From the UHGV virus genome UHGV-0241471: DNA of 35,693 nt, one strand, 5' to 3'. The notes under the pieces were generated by a model. It saw nothing but the letters and a program-made list of their open reading frames with translations, was not told the DNA's origin and ran no database searches. The position numbers and the translations under genes are program-made. This document shows, piece by piece, positions 26,483-35,693 of this stretch (the first letter of the stretch is position 1; each line of letters starts with the position of its first letter). This DNA comes from a virus.

Positions 26483-26502
26483 CACTGTTTATATTTACAG
26501 TA
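26483..26502. promoter_or_regulatory. LexA operator (SOS box) CTGT-N8-ACAG
   Basis: caCTGTttatatttACAGta read directly, upstream of 26441 start. Confidence 0.6.
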
Positions 26503-26594
26503 TATAATAATCTTACTGATATAAAACGTTTTTTTACGTTCATCAGCCTGATATGCCTGGTATTATTAAGAGCACGAATTGTTAACCCGCGTAA

Positions 26595-29009
26595 TTAATA
26601 CAGGTTTCGCCACTTATCATCTTCCTGCAAACGCTGGTTCCGACAGAAGATACGCAGGCCTGCTCCTGACGGAATACTGCCACCGCGAAGGAGCAGATCG
26701 ACCTCTTTCTCGCTGCCATCAAATCCTCTTGACTTCAGTTCATAGACGAGCTGCTGTCGCTGATGGTCTGTAATTCGCTGTTTGTAGTCTTTACGCCGTT
26801 TCGGTTTCACCAGGCGTAACCTTGCAGCCAGTTCCCGGCGCTCTTTTTTGCTCATACTGTGCAGGTAATCGTGCAACTCCTTGTCATCCATGCGGGTAAT
26901 GTCCGTCCTGGTATCCCCATCAGCTGATTTGTCTTTCCCTTGTTGGTTCAAATTTTCAGCAAGGGGACAGTTATTGCCACGAGTCCAAGGGGCGCAAGCG
27001 CCCTGGTCGGCTGCCGCCTCCTGAACGTCAACGGCCTTACGAACCATTTTCCACTTCACGGCATGAGTGCAGATCTTGCCCTCTGCAATAGGTGACCAGA
27101 TGCCATAAATACGAATGCCGTGATCGCCATAGGCGGTCGGCTCTTCGTTGATTTCATAAGCAGTTCTGATGAGGTGATATTTACGGGGAACCAGTACGCC
27201 GCCCTGCTTCATGATGTAGGTGGCAAAACAACCAGCATCAGCAGCAGCCAGGATTGCATCAAGGCGCGGGTTATCCAGTACCGGCGCACCTGCTTTTTTG
27301 TCACCCTGTTGCCTTGCCGCCTGACCAGCCAGCAATCGCAGTTCACGGTAAGCCTGACGCCCCGGAATGCCAAAGAAGCGGAATTGCTGAACACGATGCA
27401 GAGACGCCCAGGCATTCACGTATTCAGCGTTATCACGCAGGGATTTACCCGTTTCCTTGCTGATCTCGCCAGCCAGACCACGCCCGTCAATGTTCTTACT
27501 GATATATTTCGCGATGTAGCTTGTCGGCGTTCCTTTGCGCGGGTTAATCAACTCAGACTTAAAGCGTGGTCCCGTGTTATTCCCCAGCTCCTCGCGGTCT
27601 TCACGAATGGCAAACTTACGCAACAAAGCAGTAATGGCGCGGCGATCTTTTTTGCGCATAAAACACAACAGGTGCCAGTGAACTGTACCGTCATGATGCG
27701 GCTCAGCCACCCGCACGCCATACCAGCGCAATCCGGCTTTGTGCATCGCCTTACGAAATGCAGCAAACATGCCAACCAGATAATCACTGCTTTGTCTTAC
27801 CGTCGCATTTGTCCAGGTCGGGTTGGGCCTGCCGTTATTTAGCGTGGAATGGAAACGTGACGGACAGGTGATGGTGTAGAAAACGGCGCAGTCACCGCGC
27901 ATTTCCGCGATAAGCTCCAGGCCTTTAACACAGGCCATCATCTCATTGCGGCGATGCGCAGGGTTGCTGCTGCTGGCGTTTACCACATCCTCCATGTCCA
28001 GCGTGTCGCCGTCTTCGTTCACCAGTTCATGAGAACGGAAAAACTCCAGCGACTTACGGCGCTGCTCACGTTTATGCATCACGGCTTCATAGCTGACATA
28101 GGGAGATGCTTTTTTGCTGACCAGACAGACAGCACGCAACTGCTCTTCCCGCCATTCGCAACGCATCTTCCATAATTTCCGATACCACCAGTCGGCGCAC
28201 AGCATACGCGCCAGCGAACCCGGAATGAGTTCATAGGGCACAGGTTTGCGGCGGTTTCTTTTCCGGCGGAGTTGCTCAAACGCAGGCGGTATGACATCCA
28301 GTCGCAGGGTTTCTGCTGCCACCTTTTCCCATGTCTTGCGGATTTCTTCCGGCTTAACATCATCGGAGGCGTACAAATCACCACAAGCGGCATCAAGACA
28401 CATGCTCATATGCGCAGCGACAAGGGTGGACAGGCGTTTCACCTGATCCTGACTCATTTCAGGCAGGCTCAGCAGACCGTCCAGCCCTTCATGGCTTGCC
28501 ATAAAACGAAAAGATGCAGATAGCTGGCTGTCGCGTACATGCTCCAGTCGTTCCAGGCATGGCTTAATCGTCTCACGCAAATAGCGGGAATAAGCCTTTG
28601 GCCTGCCCAGGTTGCTGAAGTATTTAATACGTTGCATCAGCGGCTTGCTGATATGGGAAGGCTGGGCGTTGACATCCGCCAGAATGACCATGTCTGGATT
28701 AAAACGCTGCTGCTCATGCGCCAGCTTTGCCCGGCTAATTAGCTTATCCTGCTCCATTTCGCGCTGGACAGGATCACGGGATTCATTAAAGAAATAACGC
28801 TCCCAGACCTGATCACTCAGTGCCTCGCGGCGCAGTTGTTCCTGCTCGTTATCGGCAGCGTACAGAGTGATCAGGTTTGAAAGCGCAGAAACCGGCGCAA
28901 CTTCCGCCGGGTCCAGATAAGGGTTAATGGCCTTTTTCGGGCTGTTCCATGAGAATGCTGCGGCAGCCTCGTTAAAGCCGCAGCAGTTGTTCATATCGGC
29001 ATGGCTCAT
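26595..29009 (-). CDS. Rolling-circle replication initiator, P2 gpA-like
   Basis: HuH-like VHWHLL and active-site tyrosine pair SYIAKYISK seen in the 804-aa translation; start codon uncertain. Confidence 0.85.
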   Translation of the reverse strand: MSHADMNNCCGFNEAAAAFSWNSPKKAINPYLDPAEVAPVSALSNLITLYAADNEQEQLRREALSDQVWERYFFNESRDPVQREMEQDKLISRAKLAHEQQRFNPDMVILADVNAQPSHISKPLMQRIKYFSNLGRPKAYSRYLRETIKPCLERLEHVRDSQLSASFRFMASHEGLDGLLSLPEMSQDQVKRLSTLVAAHMSMCLDAACGDLYASDDVKPEEIRKTWEKVAAETLRLDVIPPAFEQLRRKRNRRKPVPYELIPGSLARMLCADWWYRKLWKMRCEWREEQLRAVCLVSKKASPYVSYEAVMHKREQRRKSLEFFRSHELVNEDGDTLDMEDVVNASSSNPAHRRNEMMACVKGLELIAEMRGDCAVFYTITCPSRFHSTLNNGRPNPTWTNATVRQSSDYLVGMFAAFRKAMHKAGLRWYGVRVAEPHHDGTVHWHLLCFMRKKDRRAITALLRKFAIREDREELGNNTGPRFKSELINPRKGTPTSYIAKYISKNIDGRGLAGEISKETGKSLRDNAEYVNAWASLHRVQQFRFFGIPGRQAYRELRLLAGQAARQQGDKKAGAPVLDNPRLDAILAAADAGCFATYIMKQGGVLVPRKYHLIRTAYEINEEPTAYGDHGIRIYGIWSPIAEGKICTHAVKWKMVRKAVDVQEAAADQGACAPWTRGNNCPLAENLNQQGKDKSADGDTRTDITRMDDKELHDYLHSMSKKERRELAARLRLVKPKRRKDYKQRITDHQRQQLVYELKSRGFDGSEKEVDLLLRGGSIPSGAGLRIFCRNQRLQEDDKWRNLY

Positions 29010-29863
29010 GCACGTACTCCGTACACGGCAGAACTGTCCACGCCACGCGAATAATCAAATCCCACCCAGCAGCGCGGCCCGGAAACAGCAATGATTTCTG
29101 TTGCTGATTTACCCTCTCCAGCTGCCACACCGATGTTGCGTTTTGCCTTGATGTAGTGGTGAGTAAAATTGCGATACAGCGAACGGATCAGGGATGTGTC
29201 ACTGTTAGAAACAATGACCGGATGTCCTTCTGATGACCGATGTTCAAGAACGGATGCCAGGTGATACTGGTCATCTTCAGTGAAGCCGTCAGTGTGATAA
29301 CCGGAAAACGTGCCGTCATACGGCGGATCGCAATACACCACATCCCCCGCCTTCAACATCGCCAGCGTTTCATCAAAGCTGGCGCAGATAAACGTTGCCC
29401 GCTGGGCTTTTTCTGCAAATGCGCGAATTTCTTTTTCAGGGAAATACGGATTTTTATAATTACCGTAGGGAATGTTGAAATGCCCGCTCTTGTTATAGCG
29501 ACATAAACCACGGTAACCGTGACGATTGAGATACAGGAAATATACCGCTTTCATGAAATCAGTAATTTCAGTGGAGTAATTAAACTCCTGCCTTATGTTG
29601 TAATAAGCCACCTCCCTGTTTGCGATCTCAAATAAAACTCTGGCGCGAGATATAAACGATTCACAATCAGCGGCAACCTTTTTATAGAGGTTGATTAAAT
29701 CAGGATTAATATCCGCAACCAGATAGCTGGGGTAATCCGTCTCCATCATCACAGCACAGGAACCCGCGAAAGGTTCAACCAGTCGCGGGCCAGCAGGAAG
29801 GTGTTTTTTCAGTTCGGACATAATGGCGGTTTTATTTCCCGCCCATTTCAGGATGGTGCTCAT
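29006..29863 (-). CDS. DNA N6-adenine methyltransferase (Dam family), orphan
   Basis: DPPY motif ([10 protein letters not shown]) and N-terminal AdoMet-binding region; strong GGAGG SD before ATG at 29863; no adjacent restriction gene. Confidence 0.85.
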   Translation of the reverse strand: MSTILKWAGNKTAIMSELKKHLPAGPRLVEPFAGSCAVMMETDYPSYLVADINPDLINLYKKVAADCESFISRARVLFEIANREVAYYNIRQEFNYSTEITDFMKAVYFLYLNRHGYRGLCRYNKSGHFNIPYGNYKNPYFPEKEIRAFAEKAQRATFICASFDETLAMLKAGDVVYCDPPYDGTFSGYHTDGFTEDDQYHLASVLEHRSSEGHPVIVSNSDTSLIRSLYRNFTHHYIKAKRNIGVAAGEGKSATEIIAVSGPRCWVGFDYSRGVDSSAVYGVRA

Positions 29864-30087
29864 ACAGCACCTCCGTTGTAATGTTTGCCTTTCAGCTCTG
29901 CGATTTCCTGACAGGTAATGCAAAGCTGCACACCTGGAATGGCGCGGCGGCGTGCTGGCGGAATTGGCGCTTCACACTCAATGCAAAGCACGCGGGACAC
30001 GCCCGGCGTTTTGGCACGGGCAGCACGAATATGGCGCTGGCGTTCTTCTTCAACGCGCTGCTGTACAAGATCCATTGCATCAGCCAT
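29860..30087 (-). CDS. TraR/DksA-family C4 zinc-finger protein
   Basis: CIECEAPIPPARRRAIPGVQLCITCQ four-cysteine motif. Confidence 0.7.
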   Translation of the reverse strand: MADAMDLVQQRVEEERQRHIRAARAKTPGVSRVLCIECEAPIPPARRRAIPGVQLCITCQEIAELKGKHYNGGAV

Positions 30088-30326
30088 TAGTGGATCTCCT
30101 GCGCTTCGTTCTGGATTGCTTCAGCAGTTACACGCAGTAGTTCTGCTGCTTCGACGTGGTTTAGCTGGCGGGATGTGATATGACACGCCAGGCTATCAAG
30201 GCGAGCTGCCATTGCTTCAGCCCTTGCCCGGCGTTCTTCCAGACGAGCCTCTGTCAGTAAAATATTAAGCCCTGCATCATCCGGTCCGGTTTTAGTCGTG
30301 AGGGTTTCAATATTACGCATAATCAA
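30087..30326 (-). CDS. Hypothetical early-region protein (79 aa)
   Basis: ORF coupled to neighbours in the early operon; no family recognised. Confidence 0.5.
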   Translation of the reverse strand: MIMRNIETLTTKTGPDDAGLNILLTEARLEERRARAEAMAARLDSLACHITSRQLNHVEAAELLRVTAEAIQNEAQEIH

Positions 30327-30387
30327 TTCTCCTGAATTTAGATAAAGGGATACCCGGCGGGTTTACGCCATTAATTTCATTAGTTGG

Positions 30388-30729
30388 TTAATTCGGCATG
30401 GTTAGCCGTCTGGGAAATAAGCTCACCACTGCACGAAAATGATTCATTGCTTTAATCAACTCCCGCTTTTCGTCAGTGGTCAGCTCATTAATGCTGATGC
30501 TATGACGTTCAGCTGGAATTTTTGCCATAAAGAATATAGCAGCCAGTGCCCGTTTATTTTGTTCGTTATTGATATCCCGTGGATCACGCATATCTTTAAT
30601 AAACCGCTCAAGCTCTGACTCAATATTCAGGCCAAATACTTTCGCCCTTAACTCCGCAATATGGTTAAGTCCATTCAGGCGTTCACCGGGGCTTAATGGA
30701 ACAGTCGCCGCAGCGCCTTCAATAGCCAT
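30388..30729 (-). CDS. Hypothetical early-region protein (113 aa)
   Basis: ORF in the early operon; no family recognised. Confidence 0.5.
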   Translation of the reverse strand: MAIEGAAATVPLSPGERLNGLNHIAELRAKVFGLNIESELERFIKDMRDPRDINNEQNKRALAAIFFMAKIPAERHSISINELTTDEKRELIKAMNHFRAVVSLFPRRLTMPN

Positions 30730-30923
30730 TTGTTCCCCCGTTTTTTCGTAGATAGTTCTGCCAGCAATTCATCTTGTGAACGGCACGGATGCCAGCGTTT
30801 ACCATCCTCCCCCATGATCCAGCCGTGACCGTAGTGCATTGCCGGGCTTTGTTTTACCAGCAGCGATGCAAATGATGGTTCTTTCGTCAGCATAAGCACC
30901 TCACAGCAAACCGAATGACGCAC
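30693..30923 (-). CDS. Hypothetical small protein; start uncertain
   Basis: ORF only; overlaps neighbours at both ends. Confidence 0.3.
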   Translation of the reverse strand: MRHSVCCEVLMLTKEPSFASLLVKQSPAMHYGHGWIMGEDGKRWHPCRSQDELLAELSTKKRGNKWLLKALRRLFH

Positions 30924-31410
30924 CGAGGCCAGTTACAGTATCAACTGCACTTGCCATCGCAGGATTAGCCTGTAAACGGGCCTGCAATGAAACAGCCGCC
31001 AGCGCCATCAGTCGTGTTACAGAGTTAATGCTGCTGATAGCATCACGACGACCTGCACTGGTTTTTACATCGCCAGATACCGCACCTGCAGCAACACGCC
31101 CGATCTCTGCAGTTGCACTCATGACGTAATGCGGCAGTTTCTCTTTTGCCACCTCATTAATCGGAACACATGGCAGACAATGAATCTGTGCCAGAAAACC
31201 GTCTACCAACGTTGAATCTTCAGTCAGATCGGTAAGCAACCAGATTTCTGGTGCGGTGAGCTGATGCGGTTGATCTGGATTGAGTTTGTTTCGCAGTGTC
31301 TGAACATTCATTCCTGCACGTTCTGCCAGCTTTGCCATATTGTGACGTAGTGCAAAAGCTCTACAGGCTTCATCAAAATGCGGATGTTTGGAAATCTTGT
31401 AATCAAACAT
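30901..31410 (-). CDS. 186-type CII-like lysogeny establishment regulator (169 aa)
   Basis: Size and N-terminal HTH region (…NMAKLAERAGMNVQTLRNKLNPDQ…) match 186 CII as recalled. Confidence 0.7.
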   Translation of the reverse strand: MFDYKISKHPHFDEACRAFALRHNMAKLAERAGMNVQTLRNKLNPDQPHQLTAPEIWLLTDLTEDSTLVDGFLAQIHCLPCVPINEVAKEKLPHYVMSATAEIGRVAAGAVSGDVKTSAGRRDAISSINSVTRLMALAAVSLQARLQANPAMASAVDTVTGLGASFGLL

Positions 31411-31442
31411 GCTGCCCCCTTAGAAAGTTCTCATAATTGAAC

Positions 31443-31691
31443 TTAGTCACCAACGATGACATTAAAGTTGAAATTGGATTGGCCCATGTTTTTCCTGACT
31501 TGTTCCTTTTTGTACTCAAGGTAACGTATACATACTCTGTCTTTCGGTTTTTCTTTTCTTTCCAAGAAGTTAGCGAGTTTACCATTATGAATCATTTGAT
31601 ATACCGAACCGCGAGAGCGGCCTTCCCATTCCGCGAACTCAGCTGGTGTCGCCATCACTTTTGGTACACGAATTGAAATGTCGTTGCTCAT
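31443..31691 (-). CDS. Apl/Cox-like small DNA-binding protein (excisionase and lytic repressor role)
   Basis: 82-aa ORF first in the lytic operon, divergent from repressor gene. Confidence 0.6.
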   Translation of the reverse strand: MSNDISIRVPKVMATPAEFAEWEGRSRGSVYQMIHNGKLANFLERKEKPKDRVCIRYLEYKKEQVRKNMGQSNFNFNVIVGD

Positions 31692-31749
31692 AGTGCAGTA
31701 TCTCTCGATTAAGGTTTGGTTTACGTCGTTTTATCTTGTTTTATTTGAT

Positions 31750-31793
31750 TCAATATTTGATACACCAAGATACTACGATCCAATATTTGATAC
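31750..31793. promoter_or_regulatory. Switch-region operator repeats (two copies of CAATATTTGATAC, 30-bp spacing) between apl and cI
   Basis: Direct repeats at 31751-31763 and 31781-31793 in the 119-bp divergent intergenic region; a partial third copy TATTTGAT at 31742-31749. Confidence 0.4.
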
Positions 31794-31810
31794 GTCAACA
31801 GGATTGAAAA

Positions 31811-32443
31811 ATGATACAAGTAAAAGCTGGCGAGAATACAGGGGGAAGAGAGGCTATCCATAGGCTAATGGCAGCCTATGATTTCAAGTCCAGACAGCAA
31901 CTTTGCGATCACTTGGGCGCATCAAAAAGCACTATGGCAAACAGATACTTAAGAGATAGTTTTCCTGCAGAATGGGTGATTCAGTGCGCTTTGGAAACAG
32001 GAGTTTCTTTACTGTGGCTAACTACCGGACAGGGCGATCCAGGTTCAAACATTGACCCTAAAAAAAATATCAATTCCGTGAACTCTAGCAAAGTTAAACC
32101 TCTTTCGGAGCTTGTATCTCCTGAAATTGACAAGGCAACTCTCAACGGAGGTTTGCTGATCGATGCTGGAAAAGCAATCATTGATAGCAGCATACTCCCC
32201 TCAGACTCAAGCAACCTGCTGCTGGTGACTACTTCTGGTGATTCTTATTTAATAGATCGCAACCAAACACCACCAGTAAATGGTACGTGGTTAGTGGACA
32301 TCGACGGGATAAAAAGCATTGTAAAATTGACACGACTCCCGGGAAACAGATTAGTAGTGCATCAGGATGATTCATCGTTTGAGTGCGAACTGGATGACAT
32401 TGAGGTAATAGGCCGCGCACTGAAAATCATTAAGAGCCTTTGA
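31811..32443 (+). CDS. CI-type immunity repressor (210 aa)
   Basis: N-terminal HTH, position immediately upstream of int and divergent from apl; AGGA SD. Confidence 0.8.
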   Translation: MIQVKAGENTGGREAIHRLMAAYDFKSRQQLCDHLGASKSTMANRYLRDSFPAEWVIQCALETGVSLLWLTTGQGDPGSNIDPKKNINSVNSSKVKPLSELVSPEIDKATLNGGLLIDAGKAIIDSSILPSDSSNLLLVTTSGDSYLIDRNQTPPVNGTWLVDIDGIKSIVKLTRLPGNRLVVHQDDSSFECELDDIEVIGRALKIIKSL

Positions 32444-32444
32444 T

Positions 32445-33458
32445 ATGACCATCAGAAAACAGCCGAACGGAAAGTGGTTATGTGAATGCTACCCAAACGG
32501 GCGAGATGGCAAACGCGTACGCAAACAATTTGCGACGAAAGGCGAAGCCATTGCGTTTGAGAATTTCACCATGGACGAGGTAAACAAGAAACCTTGGCTG
32601 GGAGAAAAGGAAGATCGGCGACACCTATCAGAATTAATTGAGCTGTGGTATTCCCTGTATGGTCAAACACTCGCAGACCCCAAGCGACTCATGGCGAAAC
32701 TTGGAATTATCTGTAATGGTCTGGGCGATCCCATCGCTTCAGAGCTGACTGCCGGTGACTTTACGAAATACCGCGAAGCACGGCTAAAAGGTGAAGTGCG
32801 AAATGAAGATGGCACGCTGATGTCGCCCGTTAAGCCCCGCACGGTAAACCTTGAACAGCGCAATCTATCATCTGTGTTCGGTACATTAAAAAAACTAGGA
32901 CACTGGTCAGCACCAAACCCGCTGGCAGGACTTCCGACCTTCAAAATTGCCGAAGGTGAGCTGGCTTTTCTTTCCACGGACGAAATCAAGCGCCTGTTGG
33001 CGGCATGTGCTGAATCTCAAAGCCCTAGCTTACTAATGATTGCAAAAATATGCCTGGCTACTGGCGCACGGTGGAGTGAAGCCGAAAATCTGCAGGGCCA
33101 TCAAATATCGAAATACCGAATTACTTATACAAAAACAAAAGGCAAGAAAAACCGTACTGTGCCGATATCTCAGGATCTGTATGATGAACTCCCCAAAAAC
33201 AGAGGAAAGTTATTCACGCCATGCAGAAAAGCCTTTGAGCGGGCAGTAAAGCGGGCCGGTATTGACCTACCGGAGGGCCAATGCACCCACGTGCTTCGCC
33301 ATACATTCGCCAGTCACTTTATGATGAACGGCGGAAACATACTGGTACTGCGTGATATTTTGGGTCATGCCGATATAAAAATGACCATGATTTACGCCCA
33401 CTTTTCGCCCGATCACCTTGAAGACGCGGTGACTAAAAATCCTCTTTATAATTTGTAG
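32445..33458 (+). CDS. int: Tyrosine integrase (P2/186 Int family)
   Basis: C-terminal catalytic signature HVLRHTFAS … HADIKMTMIYAHF; start overlaps cI stop. Confidence 0.9.
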   Translation: MTIRKQPNGKWLCECYPNGRDGKRVRKQFATKGEAIAFENFTMDEVNKKPWLGEKEDRRHLSELIELWYSLYGQTLADPKRLMAKLGIICNGLGDPIASELTAGDFTKYREARLKGEVRNEDGTLMSPVKPRTVNLEQRNLSSVFGTLKKLGHWSAPNPLAGLPTFKIAEGELAFLSTDEIKRLLAACAESQSPSLLMIAKICLATGARWSEAENLQGHQISKYRITYTKTKGKKNRTVPISQDLYDELPKNRGKLFTPCRKAFERAVKRAGIDLPEGQCTHVLRHTFASHFMMNGGNILVLRDILGHADIKMTMIYAHFSPDHLEDAVTKNPLYNL

Positions 33459-33470
33459 TGGAGACCTATT

Positions 33471-34991
33471 GTGATTCAAAAATTAGATATTCAATCTGAT
33501 GCGGTTGCAAAGTTAAGAATGGATGCTATTCGTTCAGAAATCCAAGGTTATTCCCCTGATTTATTTATCGAATTCTGTATGCAATATAACTTACAAAAAT
33601 TTGAAGATAATATCCACATGTTACGACACATGCCTTGGATTGTTAATTTATGTCTAAAGTGGTCTGCGTCAGTAACTGGCAAGAATAAAAAATTCAAAAT
33701 CCTCGATAAAAATCAAGCAATAAAACTCTTCCAAAAAACTTATGAAACCTTGAACATTATTCCTATCGGTCTTGAGAGGAAGAATGGCATGCATTTCTTC
33801 ATTAGAAATAATCTATACCAACAAGGAATCTACCAGAAAATTGACGCTCTAAACACAATTAGCAGACAAGTCTTTCTATTTTCAGAACTTGAAAAAAACC
33901 ATAAAATAAAGACAAGTTTTTTTACTATCACGAATGTATCTATCGAAGACTTTCTTAAGCTATCTTACATATTAATAACTCACATAACAGAAGAGCATCC
34001 CGTGAGAAAAATGAATGTAGATACATTTACTATATTATTTGACATCATTCCTAGAAATACCATTGAGAAATTTCTTGATGCAATATCAATAAATTACAAT
34101 GAACTATCTACATTTTGCAAATCAAAAACCTATGATAAACCTTTGCTTGAATACTACTCATCATCACCTTTTCTTGAAAAACCATTAATAAAAAAAGGTT
34201 CAGAGTATTTTCAGATACACACACAACTGACTTCAACAAGCATACAGACGTTCATATATGATCTTTTAAGAAGAACTGATGCCGAGAAGTTCATGGATAG
34301 CTTTGGAAATGTATTTGAAAATGCACTGGAATTAATACTAAAAGAAAGCGAAATTGATTTTCATAACGAAAAATACCTTAAAGAACGACTACCTAAAGAT
34401 AATAAAGTAGTTGATTATTTCATTCCACATACTGAGGCAAATATTTTCATTGATGCTAAAGGCGTTGAGATACACCAAAAAGGCATGGTAACATTACGCC
34501 CTGAGGATATTGCAGGAAAAATAAAGAAATCGGTATTAAAAGCAATCGAACAATCTCACGAAGTTAATCGAGAAATATACTCTAATGAGCGAATAATAGC
34601 TCCATTCAGGGCTAACTCATATATCATTTGCATTACATATAAAAACCTTTTCTTAGGCAATGGTAGTATCCTAGCTAATACTTATGCTAAAGATGAGATG
34701 AATAAGATATATGACAAGTTTAAACATAACTATCATATCCCTACAGAGAATATTTTTTGTCTATCATTTGAAGAGTTTGAATATCTCATTGCATCATGCA
34801 AAAGGTTTAAAATTCCGCCTCATGAAGTCTTGCAATCTGCAGTTGAAAAGAACAAAAAACCATCAAGTGCTGCTTTCCTATTTTCCCACCATATAGAAGA
34901 CTATTTTGATAGAGTAGTCAATTCAGTCATAGTCAATGAGGCAGGCATTAAAATGGTAGATTCTATTATCAATAAATTAAAGCCTGAATAA
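33471..34991 (+). CDS. AT-rich cargo protein (506 aa) with PD-(D/E)xK-like nuclease motif; candidate defence or abortive-infection gene
   Basis: GTG start with GGAG SD 8 nt upstream; motif VVDYFIPHTEANIFIDAKGVE (D … D-A-K) about residues 330-350; composition markedly more AT-rich than the phage backbone. Confidence 0.6.
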   Translation: MIQKLDIQSDAVAKLRMDAIRSEIQGYSPDLFIEFCMQYNLQKFEDNIHMLRHMPWIVNLCLKWSASVTGKNKKFKILDKNQAIKLFQKTYETLNIIPIGLERKNGMHFFIRNNLYQQGIYQKIDALNTISRQVFLFSELEKNHKIKTSFFTITNVSIEDFLKLSYILITHITEEHPVRKMNVDTFTILFDIIPRNTIEKFLDAISINYNELSTFCKSKTYDKPLLEYYSSSPFLEKPLIKKGSEYFQIHTQLTSTSIQTFIYDLLRRTDAEKFMDSFGNVFENALELILKESEIDFHNEKYLKERLPKDNKVVDYFIPHTEANIFIDAKGVEIHQKGMVTLRPEDIAGKIKKSVLKAIEQSHEVNREIYSNERIIAPFRANSYIICITYKNLFLGNGSILANTYAKDEMNKIYDKFKHNYHIPTENIFCLSFEEFEYLIASCKRFKIPPHEVLQSAVEKNKKPSSAAFLFSHHIEDYFDRVVNSVIVNEAGIKMVDSIINKLKPE

Positions 34992-35010
34992 GTCTCCCAA
35001 GCAAAACCAG

Positions 35011-35029
35011 TGGCGGCATTTTGGCGGCA
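35011..35029. promoter_or_regulatory. Candidate Int arm-type sites at attR (two GGCGGCA repeats, 11-bp period)
   Basis: Matches the attL-side repeat block at 183-210. Confidence 0.4.
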
Positions 35030-35123
35030 GAGCATTAAAAATGCGTAAAACAGACAAACACAAAATAATACTAACACACTGATTTTAAACATAAGTTCAT
35101 GTTTTTGTTATAGTAAAAATGGT

Positions 35124-35170
35124 ATGTAGGAATTTCGGACGCGGGTTCAACTCCCGCCAGCTCCACCAAA
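35124..35170. repeat. Prophage attR core: displaced native 3' 47 nt of ssrA
   Basis: Identical to 93-139; followed by a different (chromosomal) downstream sequence and terminator. Confidence 0.85.
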
Positions 35171-35215
35171 ATTCTCCATCGGTGATTACCAGAGTCATCC
35201 GATGTAGTCCTAAGA

Positions 35216-35247
35216 GCCCGCACGGCGCAAGCCCTGCGGGCTTTTTT
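35216..35247 (+). terminator. Intrinsic terminator (native ssrA terminator displaced by integration)
   Basis: Stem GCCCGCA / TGCGGGC with 12-nt loop followed by TTTTTT. Confidence 0.6.
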
Positions 35248-35438
35248 GTGCCCTCAATTTGCCCCACGACGTCCGAAGAGAACTCATTAAATCCGCACCT
35301 TTTAGGCCCATTGATGGGCCCAACGAAAAGCTCTGTTGTTTTCGCGTTACCAATTACCCGGCAACCCATCCCTCTCAGAATTAGACCACCAACGACACCT
35401 TTCACCCTCCGGCCGCGTCCGCGGCCGGAGGGATAGAT

Positions 35439-35687
35439 TTACCCCTTGTGAGAATACGCGTCCAGCATGGCAAGGACCGCCCGACGCGCCGCATCGTCTG
35501 CGATATTGTCAGGCAGCGCATCAGCCCGCAGATTGACATAAGCGTCAGCAGTCCTTCGAATGGCAATCCCGACGGAGTGACGATCGTGTGTTGCCAGAGT
35601 GGAAGTCAGCAGGCCATCGGGATCAATGCCGAGGGCTTCTATTCGACGAACGCCGCGTTGCGGTAGATTGGCGCGACGAAACAGCAT
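35439..35687 (-). CDS. Chromosomal ORF, C-terminal fragment of unknown protein (continues beyond window)
   Basis: Open frame runs to the window edge; a GC-rich palindrome (35405-35432) lies just downstream of its stop. Confidence 0.35.
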   Translation of the reverse strand: MLFRRANLPQRGVRRIEALGIDPDGLLTSTLATHDRHSVGIAIRRTADAYVNLRADALPDNIADDAARRAVLAMLDAYSHKG

Positions 35688-35693
35688 CGGTCC

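Larger units (their letters stand above)
93..35170. mobile_element. Complete P2/186-like prophage integrated at the ssrA 3' end
   Basis: Bounded by the 47-bp direct repeats; integrase at one end; full P2-type morphogenesis, lysis, replication and immunity gene sets in between. Confidence 0.85.

Noticed and set aside
35405-35432. GC-rich palindrome CCCTCCGGCCGCG-TCC-GCGGCCGGAGGG as an intrinsic terminator
   Set aside because: Strong hairpin but no clear U-tract on either strand; could be a REP-like element or a factor-dependent terminator; left uncalled.
35097-35436. ORFs 35097-35405 (-) and 35119-35436 (+) spanning attR
   Set aside because: They overlap the displaced tmRNA 3' fragment and its terminator; no start-site context; chromosomal non-coding junction.
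1-35693. CRISPR array, rRNA or tRNA genes
   Set aside because: No regularly spaced short direct repeats and no tRNA-like cloverleaf besides the tmRNA 3' end and its att duplicate were seen on reading the window.

Overview
The window is the 3' end of the tmRNA gene ssrA (1-137) followed by a complete, apparently intact P2/186-like temperate prophage of about 35 kb integrated into the ssrA 3' end. It is bounded by an identical 47-bp direct repeat (93-139 and 35124-35170), with native chromosomal sequence after 35170. The backbone is readable by protein signatures and P2-type gene order: ogr, tail genes D-U-T-E/E'-FII-FI, an invertible tail-fibre segment with Pin-type invertase, baseplate genes, lysis cassette, head genes, divergent terminase and portal, then A replication protein, Dam-type methyltransferase, a 186-type cII-apl-cI switch and the integrase. 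Four cargo loci interrupt this backbone and are the most interesting parts: (1) a compact 257-aa reverse transcriptase with a small hydrophobic ORF and a structured candidate ncRNA between attL and ogr; (2) a 477-aa SEFIR/TIR-like protein between the portal gene and the putative cos; (3) a 506-aa AT-rich protein with a PD-(D/E)xK-like motif between int and attR; (4) a degenerate terminase-ATPase paralogue coupled between terminase and portal. All calls rest on reading the sequence and the ORF translations against recalled family signatures; no database search, HMM or folding was run, so family names are hypotheses, and no GC content was computed.
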